The notes under the pieces were generated by a model, which saw only the letters and a list, made by a program, of their open reading frames with translations, was not told the DNA's origin and ran no database searches. This document shows positions 19,490-28,448 of a stretch of 64,000 nt of DNA, piece after piece (within the stretch, counting starts at the first letter, position 1; each line of letters opens with the position of its first letter). Origin of the DNA: an uncultured Candidatus Actinomarina sp. (GTDB lineage: Bacteria > Actinomycetota > Acidimicrobiia > Actinomarinales > Actinomarinaceae); NCBI GenBank assembly GCA_902510055.1, contig CABWZY010000001.1, positions 212-64,211 of the forward strand, read 5' to 3'. Position numbers and translations under genes: made by a program.

Positions 19490-20338
19490 ATGAGTTATAA
19501 AAAAGTATTATCTTATGGAACCCTTAACCCAGATTTAATGTACTTTGTTGATGAAATACCTCCTGTAGGTGGTGATATTAGAAGCAAAGAATACAAAATC
19601 AGACCTGGTGGAACAGCAATCAACTGTGCAGAAAACATAAAAAACTGGGGTATAGAAACTTCTGTAATGGGAAACTGTATTGGTAAAGATCCTCTAGGTG
19701 ATTATTTATTATCCTATTTAAAAGAAAGCAAGATAGGTTATAAGGATGTTCTTATAAATGATTGCTTAACTCCCACCTGTTCAATTTATATTGACAAAAA
19801 CGGAGAAAGAACAATAATCTCATCTGGATATGAAAACTGTAATTGGAATAACTTAAATAAAGTTAAAGAATTTGATTCAATGATAATTGATAGGTACTCA
19901 ATTAAATATATTCGAGAAAACCTAAAAAATGAGGATTTCAGCAACGTCTTCATAACTCAAGCAGGATATGGTGAAACTATTGATTACAAAATAGATTTTT
20001 TAGTTGTTAGTAAGGATGAGATAGATGTCATCGAAGCAAACAGGCTTTTAAACGAAGATTTTGTCTCTTGGATTCTGCTGACCTCTGCTAACTTACCAGC
20101 TCGCCTGCTAAGTAAAGATGGTGTAGTGGAAATTACTCCTCCAGATTTTAAGACAATAAATTCAACCGGTGCAGGGGATGTTACTGCTGCTTATATTGGA
20201 GCACACGGTATAGATGATGTCATAACTACTACTAGAAATGCTTGTGCAGCAGGTGCAATAGTAGCTGGTACTTCTTCTCTCCCTTCTATAGAAAAAATTG
20301 AAGAAATTTCAAAATTAGTAGAGATAAAACCACGCTAA
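19490..20338 (+). CDS. PfkB-family carbohydrate/nucleoside kinase
   Basis: It has a ribokinase-like fold signature and the C-terminal NSTGAGDVTAAY motif. Confidence 0.75.
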   Translation: MSYKKVLSYGTLNPDLMYFVDEIPPVGGDIRSKEYKIRPGGTAINCAENIKNWGIETSVMGNCIGKDPLGDYLLSYLKESKIGYKDVLINDCLTPTCSIYIDKNGERTIISSGYENCNWNNLNKVKEFDSMIIDRYSIKYIRENLKNEDFSNVFITQAGYGETIDYKIDFLVVSKDEIDVIEANRLLNEDFVSWILLTSANLPARLLSKDGVVEITPPDFKTINSTGAGDVTAAYIGAHGIDDVITTTRNACAAGAIVAGTSSLPSIEKIEEISKLVEIKPR

Positions 20339-20379
20339 CTTTTTTTATTAATAAATACATATAGAGTAGAATATTATTT

Positions 20380-22170
20380 ATGGCTGTTGCGTATAAAGCT
20401 CCTGTTAAAGATATAGTTTTTGGTTACGAAGTAATTGATTCGTATAATATCTTAAATAAAATTTCTGCATTTAGTGATTTCTCTGAAGATATAGTCATTC
20501 CAACTATGGAAGAATGTGCAAAATTTGCTGAAGGGGTATTAGCTCCTATTAATGCAATAGGCGACCAAGAGGGTGCAACTATTAAAGACGGTGTTGTAAC
20601 TATGCCTAAAGGCTTTAAGGAAGCGTATAAGAGTTTTTCTGAGTCAGGGTGGGCTTCAATCTCTTTACCTGCTGATATTGGTGGTGGAGGTATGCCAATT
20701 TCACTATCTGGAGGAACCTTAGAGATACTAAGTACTGCTAATTTAGCTTTTGGCCTTGCACCAGGCCTTAGTGCTGGAGCAATTTCAGCAATGTATTTTC
20801 ATGGAAGTGAAGAACAAAAAGAAAAGTTTCTTCCTAAGTTAGTTTCCGGCGAATGGACTGGAACAATGAACCTCAGTGAACCTCAGTCTGGTTCTGACTT
20901 AGGGACAATAACAACTAAAGCTGAACCTCAAGAGGATGGAACATACAAAATAACTGGTACAAAAGTATGGATTACTTTTGGTGATCATGACATGACAGAA
21001 AATATAATCCATCTTGTATTAGCAAAAACTCCTGATTCTCCTGAAGGAACTAAGGGAATATCAATGTTTATAGTTCCAAAAATGCATGTAAATGATGATG
21101 GTTCTTTAGGTGAAAATAATAATGTAAATTGTATATCTATAGAAGAAAAACTAGGTATTCATGCAAGCCCAACTTGTGTAATGGAATACGATGGCTCAAC
21201 TGGTTATCTTGTTGGTGAAGAAAATAGAGGTTTAACATACATGTTTACCATGATGAACGAAGCTCGAGTGTGGGTTGGTGGACAAGGCTTAGCTTGTGCA
21301 AGTGGTGCTCTACAGGGGGCAGCACAATATGCAAGAGATAGGGTTCAAGGAAGGCCTGTTGGAATGTCAAAAGAAGATGCTAAGAACTCAACCATAATTG
21401 ACCATGCTGATGTAAGAAGAATGTTGATGACAATCAAAGCCTACACCGATGCAATGAGATATCTTATGTATGACAACCAATTAATGTTGGATCTTGAATA
21501 TTCTGCCGAAGATGAAGAATTGAAAGCTTTTGGTGAAGAAAGGTGTGGAATCTTAACACCAATTACAAAAGCATGGATTTCTGACTTAGGAGTTGAGCTC
21601 TCGTCGGTTGCCATTCAGGTTTATGGTGGAATGGGATATGTAGAAGAAACAGGTGTAGCCCAATATTTGAGAGATTCAAGAATTGCTCCTATATATGAAG
21701 GAACGAATGGAATCCAAGCTCTAGATTTAATGTTTAGAAAATTACCTTTAGATAATGGTCAGGCAATGCAGAGGCTCCTTGGTGATGTTAATAAAGTAAT
21801 TGAAGAAATGAAAAAAGAAGATGAAGTTGTAGCTTCAATGGCAGGAAAGCTTGAAACTGAGGTTACAAAGTTATCAGAAGTAACAATGTGGCTAGGTTCG
21901 AAAATGCTTGAGGGTGAAATTGTTGACGCAAGCGCTGCTGCAACTCCTTATCTAAAAATGTTTGGACAGGTATTAGGTGGATACTATATGGGTAAAGCTG
22001 CAATTATTGCAAATAAGAAGTATAAAGATACTAAAGATGAGTTTTATTCTGATAAATTAACTCTTTGTAATTTTTATATGGAACAATTATTACCGCTTGC
22101 TTCGGGATATGCATCTTCAATTACGGCCGGAAAAGATGATCTTTTTGCTATGAAAGCAGAAAATTTTTAA
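20380..22170 (+). CDS. Long acyl-CoA dehydrogenase (about 600 aa type with a C-terminal extension)
   Basis: It shows ACAD core motifs (LSEPQSGSDL, YEGTNGIQALDL). Confidence 0.85.
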   Translation: MAVAYKAPVKDIVFGYEVIDSYNILNKISAFSDFSEDIVIPTMEECAKFAEGVLAPINAIGDQEGATIKDGVVTMPKGFKEAYKSFSESGWASISLPADIGGGGMPISLSGGTLEILSTANLAFGLAPGLSAGAISAMYFHGSEEQKEKFLPKLVSGEWTGTMNLSEPQSGSDLGTITTKAEPQEDGTYKITGTKVWITFGDHDMTENIIHLVLAKTPDSPEGTKGISMFIVPKMHVNDDGSLGENNNVNCISIEEKLGIHASPTCVMEYDGSTGYLVGEENRGLTYMFTMMNEARVWVGGQGLACASGALQGAAQYARDRVQGRPVGMSKEDAKNSTIIDHADVRRMLMTIKAYTDAMRYLMYDNQLMLDLEYSAEDEELKAFGEERCGILTPITKAWISDLGVELSSVAIQVYGGMGYVEETGVAQYLRDSRIAPIYEGTNGIQALDLMFRKLPLDNGQAMQRLLGDVNKVIEEMKKEDEVVASMAGKLETEVTKLSEVTMWLGSKMLEGEIVDASAAATPYLKMFGQVLGGYYMGKAAIIANKKYKDTKDEFYSDKLTLCNFYMEQLLPLASGYASSITAGKDDLFAMKAENF

Positions 22171-22548
22171 TTGATAGAATCGCTTGAAGACAAAAATAAA
22201 TCGATTGCTTTAGTAGGTGCAAGTAACGACCCAAGTAAATATGGAAATAAAATCTTACTAAACCTTAAATCTAAAGGGTTTAATGTAATCCCAGTAAATA
22301 CTAAAGAAGAAGAAATAGATGGTTCACCTGTGTTTAAGAGTGTTTCAGATATTAAAGAATGCCCATCAATAATAAATTTTGTCGTGCCTCCAAGTGTGGG
22401 AATCAAAATTACAAAAGATCTAGTTGAAAAAGGTTATGATAACTTCTGGTATCAACCAGGAGCTGAGAGTGAAGAAATATCAAATTATTTAGAAAGTAAA
22501 AAGAAAAACTATATTGACGATCAGTGCATTATGGTTGTTGCAAATTAA
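22171..22548 (+). CDS. CoA-binding domain protein (YccU-like)
   Basis: It has SIALVGASNDPSKYGNKI and a TTG start directly after the ACAD stop. Confidence 0.7.
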   Translation: MIESLEDKNKSIALVGASNDPSKYGNKILLNLKSKGFNVIPVNTKEEEIDGSPVFKSVSDIKECPSIINFVVPPSVGIKITKDLVEKGYDNFWYQPGAESEEISNYLESKKKNYIDDQCIMVVAN

Positions 22549-22554
22549 TAATTA

Positions 22555-23577
22555 CTAATCGTCAGTATTTTTATTTACTTCATCTAGCTCTTCAAAAGAC
22601 TTTTCTAGTTTATTAACACGAGTACTCTTTAGTTTTTCAAAAGACTCAACAGTCTGATCTAATCTCTTAGTAACATCATCAAAAGATTCTATAAATTTTC
22701 TTACTTCATTCTTAACTTTTTCATGAGTAGCAAGAATATTCTTTGTGTCTGTTTGCAAACTAAAGAGCTTCATTGAGTGCCGTATAGTTTCTAGATAAGC
22801 CATCAAAGTTTGTGGGCTAACTAATATTACTTTTTTGCTGAAAGCATATTGAATAACAGGAACTCTATCTGCTCCTATTTCTGATGTAAGTAAAAAATGA
22901 TAGAGGCTTTCAAGAGGAACGTACATAAGCACAAAATCAACAGTTCCTTCTTCAGCTGATATATATCCGTCACGACCAGCTGTTTCATCAATTTTGGTTT
23001 TTATTGCTTTATCTATAAAATCTCTGTTCTTTGATTTTATTGATTCTGTTATTTGTTTTCTTGATACTTCGTCAAGAGTATCATCTTCAAGGTCTCTATT
23101 TAACTTTGCAATCTCCATATATATGGTCAAAGGAAATTTTGAATCCATATTTATTGTTTTATTATCTGGAAGGTAAAAAGTAAAGTCTGGCTTTGTTCCT
23201 TTCTCCATTATTTTTTGTGTTTCATAGTGAACACCGTCCTTATACTCCATAATTCCTAGAAGGTCTTCAACTTGAAGCTCTGCCCACTGGCCTCTACTTT
23301 GATTGTTGTTCAAAACAGAAATTAAATTTCTTGTTTGTTGATCAACGCCGCTTATGGAGCTTTTAATTTCTCCTGTTTTCTCTAAAAAATCTTTAACTGT
23401 TTGGTCTGATTTGTCTAGAAGTTTATAAATTTGTGACTCTTCATTCTCTATAATTTCACTAACAATACCTTTGATTAGGTACTCATCGTCATTATCTTTC
23501 TCATTATCTTTTTTTAATGAGAAATAAAGATTTGCCCCAAGAAGCAAAATAATTAAAACATAAAAGACAATTTCCAT
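22555..23577 (-). CDS. rmuC: DNA recombination protein RmuC
   Basis: It has an N-terminal TM helix and a coiled coil. The conserved RmuC C-terminal region (PDFTFYLP...VLMYVPLESLY...VILVSPQTLMAYL) is present. Confidence 0.85.
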   Translation of the reverse strand: MEIVFYVLIILLLGANLYFSLKKDNEKDNDDEYLIKGIVSEIIENEESQIYKLLDKSDQTVKDFLEKTGEIKSSISGVDQQTRNLISVLNNNQSRGQWAELQVEDLLGIMEYKDGVHYETQKIMEKGTKPDFTFYLPDNKTINMDSKFPLTIYMEIAKLNRDLEDDTLDEVSRKQITESIKSKNRDFIDKAIKTKIDETAGRDGYISAEEGTVDFVLMYVPLESLYHFLLTSEIGADRVPVIQYAFSKKVILVSPQTLMAYLETIRHSMKLFSLQTDTKNILATHEKVKNEVRKFIESFDDVTKRLDQTVESFEKLKSTRVNKLEKSFEELDEVNKNTDD

Positions 23578-23612
23578 AATTTAAGAATAGCAACTAGTAG
23601 GGACAATTTAAG

Positions 23613-23650
23613 AGATAAGAGGGTTCCCATCCTGGAGAAACCCCTTATCT
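23613..23650 (-). other. Strong 12-bp hairpin (one bulge) between the esterase gene and rmuC, with no U-tract
   Basis: AGATAAGAGGGTT (23613-23625) pairs with AACCCCTTATCT (23639-23650). It may be a transcript-end or processing structure. It is not a canonical intrinsic terminator. Confidence 0.3.
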
Positions 23651-23717
23651 AAAATAGACTATTTAAATTCCTCAAAATAGATAGTCTTATCAGATATTAA
23701 CAAAGATGCTGGTTTAA

Positions 23718-24692
23718 CTATAAAATATGATTTTTGAGAAAATCCAATTTAGCTTTATCAAAATCAATACCCATCTGAGTTCCCCCTGCATCAAAAGCAT
23801 GAATCGCTCCCGCAACTTCAACGTAAGTAACATCAACACCGGACTCTTTTAATCTTTTTGCATACTCTCTATCTTCATCTAAAAATAAGTCTGCTGTACC
23901 TATCCCAATCCAAGTAGTCGGAAGTCCTTTAAGATTTTCCCTTCTTCCTGGAACAGCATATGGTTGTACCTCACCACCGGGTTCTTGTCCCAGATAACTT
24001 GACCAGCCAAATAAGTTGCTTCGATTATTCCAAACCCTATGTGCACGATCATCCAACTCCCTTTTTGCTGCTACTCGATCATCTAACATTGGATATATCA
24101 GTAATTGTGCTGCTGGTTGGATGCCCCCTTCATCGTGGAGTCTTTGTACTAGACCAGCAGCTATACCACCACCCGCACTAATACCTCCAACAACTATTTT
24201 TGAAGGGTCAATATTAAATGAAGCTGCTTCTTTTTGAAGCCAATGCCATGTTTCATGTAGATCATCTAAACCTTCAGGAAAGGGCTCTTCTGGTCCAAGT
24301 GAATAACCAGGACTAACTACTGTTACTCCCAATTCTCTTGCAGTATTACATGCATATCCTAAATTATCTTTGTAGTTTCCAACAACATATCCACCACCGT
24401 GGATAATAAATAAAGCACCTTCTCCTTTTTGAACTTCAGGCTGGACAATAAGCACTCCTCTTCCAATATTTTTTTCGTCTCTTATAGTCACCCCAGTTTT
24501 ATCAGGTTTTGGTGTGAGAAGACTCCCTAAAAATTTAGACATAAATCTAGCTACTTTAAAAGTATTTTTGTCTATAGAGATACCTCCCATTTTTTTATCA
24601 ATCGATGCTAGTTCTTCAGCAGTTTCAACCTGTGTTGCTGAATTGATGTTGTAATCAGGTTCAGAGCTGAATGCTTTATTTTTTATGCTCAT
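23718..24692 (-). CDS. Alpha/beta hydrolase, HSL-type esterase/lipase
   Basis: It has the oxyanion-hole HGGG motif (FIIHGGGYVVG) and the nucleophile elbow GGISAGG. Confidence 0.8.
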   Translation of the reverse strand: MSIKNKAFSSEPDYNINSATQVETAEELASIDKKMGGISIDKNTFKVARFMSKFLGSLLTPKPDKTGVTIRDEKNIGRGVLIVQPEVQKGEGALFIIHGGGYVVGNYKDNLGYACNTARELGVTVVSPGYSLGPEEPFPEGLDDLHETWHWLQKEAASFNIDPSKIVVGGISAGGGIAAGLVQRLHDEGGIQPAAQLLIYPMLDDRVAAKRELDDRAHRVWNNRSNLFGWSSYLGQEPGGEVQPYAVPGRRENLKGLPTTWIGIGTADLFLDEDREYAKRLKESGVDVTYVEVAGAIHAFDAGGTQMGIDFDKAKLDFLKNHIL

Positions 24693-24810
24693 TAGCTCAC
24701 TTTAAGAGATGCTACTTTGTATTTCAAACATAATTAATAATTTAAATTTTATAAAAATTAAATACATGATACCTACTATTATTGAAATTAGGTAATAAGC
24801 CTGTTACCTC

Positions 24811-24842
24811 AAAAAAGAGTTCAGGAAACTGGACTCTTTTTT
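24811..24842 (-). terminator. Rho-independent terminator ending the nadE-selD-GT operon (bidirectional shape)
   Basis: The stem pairs 24815-24824 with 24829-24838 (AAGAGTTCAG/CTGGACTCTT, one G-U) around a GAAA loop. A/T runs lie on both sides, and it starts at the stop codon of the 171 aa gene. Confidence 0.65.
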
Positions 24843-25356
24843 ATTTTATTTTTTTTGCAAGATTAACAACGTCATGCATAGTTTTTACAATCTCTTCTGG
24901 ATTGAAATATTTTTTAAATAAAATTTTTCTAGAATTTACATATGTGTCAGTTATTTTTAATCGTCTAAGTTTCTTCTTCTGGCTTTCAATAAGACCTAAG
25001 TTTCTCTCTATGAAAAGATTTGCTACATAGTCATCGTCTCCTTCAAACTGTCCCCTCCAATTAATCTTTATTCCCATATTTAAACTATCTGGAAAGTAAG
25101 TAAAGAAAGAAATATAAGTTGATGATGATTCACCGTGGCTTTGTGTGTATACAATTATTTCACACTTATAACCATCTATTGTTCCAGACGTAGTTTTTTT
25201 CTTGAAAAGCCTGTCTGAAGGGCTGTAAAGAAAATTTAATTTCTCTGATGCTTTAATTAATGCTTCATTAATCTTTCTATTAGAGCTTTTAATAAGCCAT
25301 ATAATTCCTCCAATAAAAATTATTGGTAAAATTATAGATACTAATGTTCTTAACAT
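24841..25356 (-). CDS. Membrane-anchored hypothetical protein, last gene of the selD operon
   Basis: It has one N-terminal TM helix and no recognisable family. It lies 7 nt downstream of the GT gene. Confidence 0.5.
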   Translation of the reverse strand: MLRTLVSIILPIIFIGGIIWLIKSSNRKINEALIKASEKLNFLYSPSDRLFKKKTTSGTIDGYKCEIIVYTQSHGESSSTYISFFTYFPDSLNMGIKINWRGQFEGDDDYVANLFIERNLGLIESQKKKLRRLKITDTYVNSRKILFKKYFNPEEIVKTMHDVVNLAKKIK

Positions 25357-25363
25357 TACAAAC

Positions 25364-26494
25364 TCATGCAGTATCGAAGAGCTTTTGAAAACTAAACTTA
25401 AAATTATCTGCTGAATAATTGCTTAATATAAAATCTTTTGCATTGTTACCAACATGTATTGCTTCTTCATAGTTGTTTTTAATTTCTTGTATTTTGTTGG
25501 TGAGGCTTTCAAGATTATTACTTTCAAATATATACCCAGTCTGTCCATCAATGACAATATCACCCATCCCTGGAGCATCTGTTACGAGCACAGGACAAGC
25601 AGCTACCTGTGACTCGAATATTACTCTTGCTAAGCCTTCAGAAACTGATGGTAAAATCATCAAATTTGTCTCTGCATAATGTTCCATGACTGATTTTCTA
25701 TCTACAGAACCAGTAAATATTACCTGCTCTTCTAGGCTATATCTCTTAACAAGCTCTTTTAATTTAGTTAAATAACTTTCATTAGGCATTGGCCCAACAA
25801 TAAATAACTTTATCTCTTTGCTTTTAATATTATTTAATGCTTCGACAATCAAGTGGGGTTTTTTTCTATCAGTTACACTACCTATGAATAAAATTTTAAA
25901 ATCTTTATTGTTCTCTCGAACTGGTTCAATATCTTTATAATTATCAAAATCTACCCAAGCTGGAAACCTAGTTATTTCCTTATTTTGATTTATTTCCCTT
26001 ACCTGGGCTTCTGTAGATGAGGAAACGGCTCTAAGTTTGTCCGCTTTGTCTAGTGTGTATTTAGCCATGCTTATAAACACTTTCTTATAAATACTTGGAA
26101 ATAATAAATTCTTCTCAAGGCTTAATGTTTCAATAAAATCGCCATGAGTTTCAATAATTATTTTTGTTTTTATATTCCTTAGTCTTAAAACAAAAATAGA
26201 AAAAAAACTAGATACTGGATCCTGGTATGAGATTATCTCTATATTGTTTTCTTTAATAACTGATGGGAGCATAAAAACTGACAAAAAAAATATTTTTAAA
26301 TAATTTAATATTCTATTTTTAAATTTCTTATAAAGATAGAGTTTTGTATCTCCAATTTTAAGATGATTTTTTTCATTGGAAAAAGCAAAAATATGTAAGT
26401 TACAAATTTCACTCAAGTATTTAAATTTTTTTTCTATATTTTCAGTTAAAGGTATTTGATATGTAGTTGGAGCAACAAAAAGTACATTTTTCAT
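25364..26494 (-). CDS. GT-B fold glycosyltransferase (GT4-like)
   Basis: The C-terminal region LPSVSEGLARVIFESQVAACPVLVTD..G..DIVIDGQTGYIF carries the GT4 E-x7-E type motif. The start overlaps the hydrolase stop in an ATGA junction. Confidence 0.85.
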   Translation of the reverse strand: MKNVLFVAPTTYQIPLTENIEKKFKYLSEICNLHIFAFSNEKNHLKIGDTKLYLYKKFKNRILNYLKIFFLSVFMLPSVIKENNIEIISYQDPVSSFFSIFVLRLRNIKTKIIIETHGDFIETLSLEKNLLFPSIYKKVFISMAKYTLDKADKLRAVSSSTEAQVREINQNKEITRFPAWVDFDNYKDIEPVRENNKDFKILFIGSVTDRKKPHLIVEALNNIKSKEIKLFIVGPMPNESYLTKLKELVKRYSLEEQVIFTGSVDRKSVMEHYAETNLMILPSVSEGLARVIFESQVAACPVLVTDAPGMGDIVIDGQTGYIFESNNLESLTNKIQEIKNNYEEAIHVGNNAKDFILSNYSADNFKFSFQKLFDTA

Positions 26495-27405
26495 ATCTCA
26501 AAAAATCTATCTAACTCATCAGAAAGCTCTTGGTCGTGAGTCCATGGAATTCCGTGTGTCGCATCGATAAAGATCTTAGACTCAACATTCGGCAAGCCAT
26601 CTATTATTTCAGTAGAGACCTGTTCTGGGACTAAGCTATCTTTGCCACCAGTTAGTACAAGTGTTTCAGTATTAATTTCACCTAACCATGGCCTTGCATC
26701 AAAAGGGACTACAAACCTACCTCCGTCAGCATAAATAAAATTATCTTTTGATTTATGTAGATTATTCCAAGCCCAATCAGAATATTCGTTCTTTACAGCT
26801 TTTGATTTCCTTAGAAATGAATACTTTGATTGTGGATTTGAATTAGGAAAAAGTCTTTCTCTTACTCTTACTCCTGCTACAAATATTTTAAATAAAGGTG
26901 ACTCCGTGCTAAAACCTTGCCAGCTGAAAGGAGTTATTAAAACTAATTTTTTTACAAGATCTCGATTTTTTCTTGTCACGCTTAGAGCAACTGCACTCCC
27001 CATAGACCAGCCAACTAAATAGCATTCTGATATATTCAAATCTTTCAAAACACTGATTACAATATCTGCATTTTCATCAATGTCCCATCTCTCCCAGCTT
27101 GCATCTGATTTGCCATGATTTTTTAGGTCAATAGCTACAAAGGAGTTTTTTGTTTTATATTTTGGTAAAACTTTAAACCAACTGCCTAATGAGTCGGATC
27201 CCCAGCTATGTAAAAAAACTATTGGGGTTGTGCCATCAACAAAGGCTTCTCTAATAAAATATTCTTTTTCGCGAATAAAAATTGTTCTTCCAGAAATTTT
27301 TGAAGGATGAAGTTGTGTTACTCCTTCTGTCTTGCTTTTTTTTGTCCCAACTAAATTTTTTATAATCGTAGTAAAAGCAAATATTTTGGTGAGTGTTTTA
27401 ATCAT
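26491..27405 (-). CDS. Alpha/beta hydrolase
   Basis: It has FLHSWGSD, the nucleophile elbow GWSMGS and a C-terminal His region (ATHGIPW). Its start lies 3 nt after the selD stop. Confidence 0.75.
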   Translation of the reverse strand: MIKTLTKIFAFTTIIKNLVGTKKSKTEGVTQLHPSKISGRTIFIREKEYFIREAFVDGTTPIVFLHSWGSDSLGSWFKVLPKYKTKNSFVAIDLKNHGKSDASWERWDIDENADIVISVLKDLNISECYLVGWSMGSAVALSVTRKNRDLVKKLVLITPFSWQGFSTESPLFKIFVAGVRVRERLFPNSNPQSKYSFLRKSKAVKNEYSDWAWNNLHKSKDNFIYADGGRFVVPFDARPWLGEINTETLVLTGGKDSLVPEQVSTEIIDGLPNVESKIFIDATHGIPWTHDQELSDELDRFFEI

Positions 27406-27408
27406 TAA

Positions 27409-28434
27409 TTAAATAATATTTATCTTTTCATTATATTGTGTAGTTATTTCGCCTATTTCCCAGATATCAATTCCGTAATTATCTCTTGCTTCTTTAAGGT
27501 TGATATTTCCTTTATCGGGTAGTGAAATTAGCAAACCTCCGCTTGTTTGGGCATCACAAAATATTTTAATTTTCTCTTCCTCAACTTCATATATTAATTT
27601 ATCTTTTATAGAGGCTAGGTTTCTTTCGCTCCCTGAAGGGTAAATGCCTTTATTAAGAAGATCATGTACTCCCTTAATTACTGGAATATTGTCTGAATTT
27701 ATAACTGCTGATAGCTTTGTCCCGTTTATCATTTCTGTTAAATGACCGAGTAATCCGAAACCAGTTATGTCTGTCAGTGCGTTTGCATTATTATCTTTTG
27801 CAAACTTAAGTGCATTTTTATTTAATGCAACCATGTTATTTGTAGCTTCTAGGATTTCTTCCTCTGAAGCCATGTCTTTTTTTATTGCTGTTGCAATGAT
27901 TCCTGTGCCTAGTGGTTTTGTAATATATAGTTTGTCTTTATCTGAAATGCTGTTGTTAAGTAATGGATTGTCTTTTATTACTCCTGTTACGGAAAAACCA
28001 TACTTCGGTTCTTTGTCGTCAATACTATGACCGCCAATAACGGTACAACCTGCTTCACCCATAACGTCAAGGCCTCCATTAATCACTTCAGCCAAGATAT
28101 CAAAACTTATATCTTCTCTGGGCCAACAAACTAGTTGAAGTGCAGATATAGGGTCTCCTCCCATTGCATAAATATCAGACAAGGCATTAGCAGCTGCGAC
28201 TCTTCCCCAGTCATAAGGATTGTCGAGAATTGGTGTAAAGAAATCTACAGTTTGTATAATTTTTGTTTCACCAATGTTGATCACTCCACCATCATCTGGG
28301 TTTTCTAAACCAACAATTAAGTTTTCAGATTTTAGTGCTTTATGTTGTTCAAATTGCTTCAAAACTTGAGCAAGCTCGCTTGGTGCGAGTTTACAAGCTC
28401 AGCCAGAGCCGTGAGAGTATTGAGTTAGTCTCAT
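27409..28434 (-). CDS. selD: Selenide, water dikinase (selenophosphate synthetase) containing selenocysteine (TGA at 28399-28401)
   Basis: The ORF-track version starts at an internal TTG (28362). Upstream in the same frame lie GGAGG, then 4 nt, then ATG (28434), giving MRLTQYSHGSG-TGA-ACKLAPSELAQV. This matches the E. coli SelD N-terminus RLTQYSHGAGCGCK, with TGA at the Cys17 position. Confidence 0.85.
28364..28398 (-). promoter_or_regulatory. Candidate bacterial SECIS hairpin immediately 3' of the selD UGA
   Basis: In the mRNA GCUUGUAAACUCGCACCAAGCGAGCUUGCUCAAGU, the apical stem is CUCGC/GCGAG with loop ACCAA. The lower stem is GCUUGUAA/UUGC(UC)AAGU with a bulge. I folded it by hand only. 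Confidence 0.45.
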
Positions 28435-28448
28435 TGCACCTCCTAGTC

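Noticed and set aside
24782-25030. An 82 aa plus-strand ORF spanning the terminator and the end of the 171 aa gene.
   Set aside because: It runs through a terminator hairpin and overlaps a minus-strand gene that is part of a coupled operon. It is hydrophobic and low-complexity with no RBS.
24693-28448. The glycosyltransferase/hydrolase region as a horizontally acquired island, prophage remnant or defence locus.
   Set aside because: I saw no integrase, transposase, flanking direct repeats or tRNA. The genes are translationally coupled to housekeeping nadE and selD and end in one terminator.
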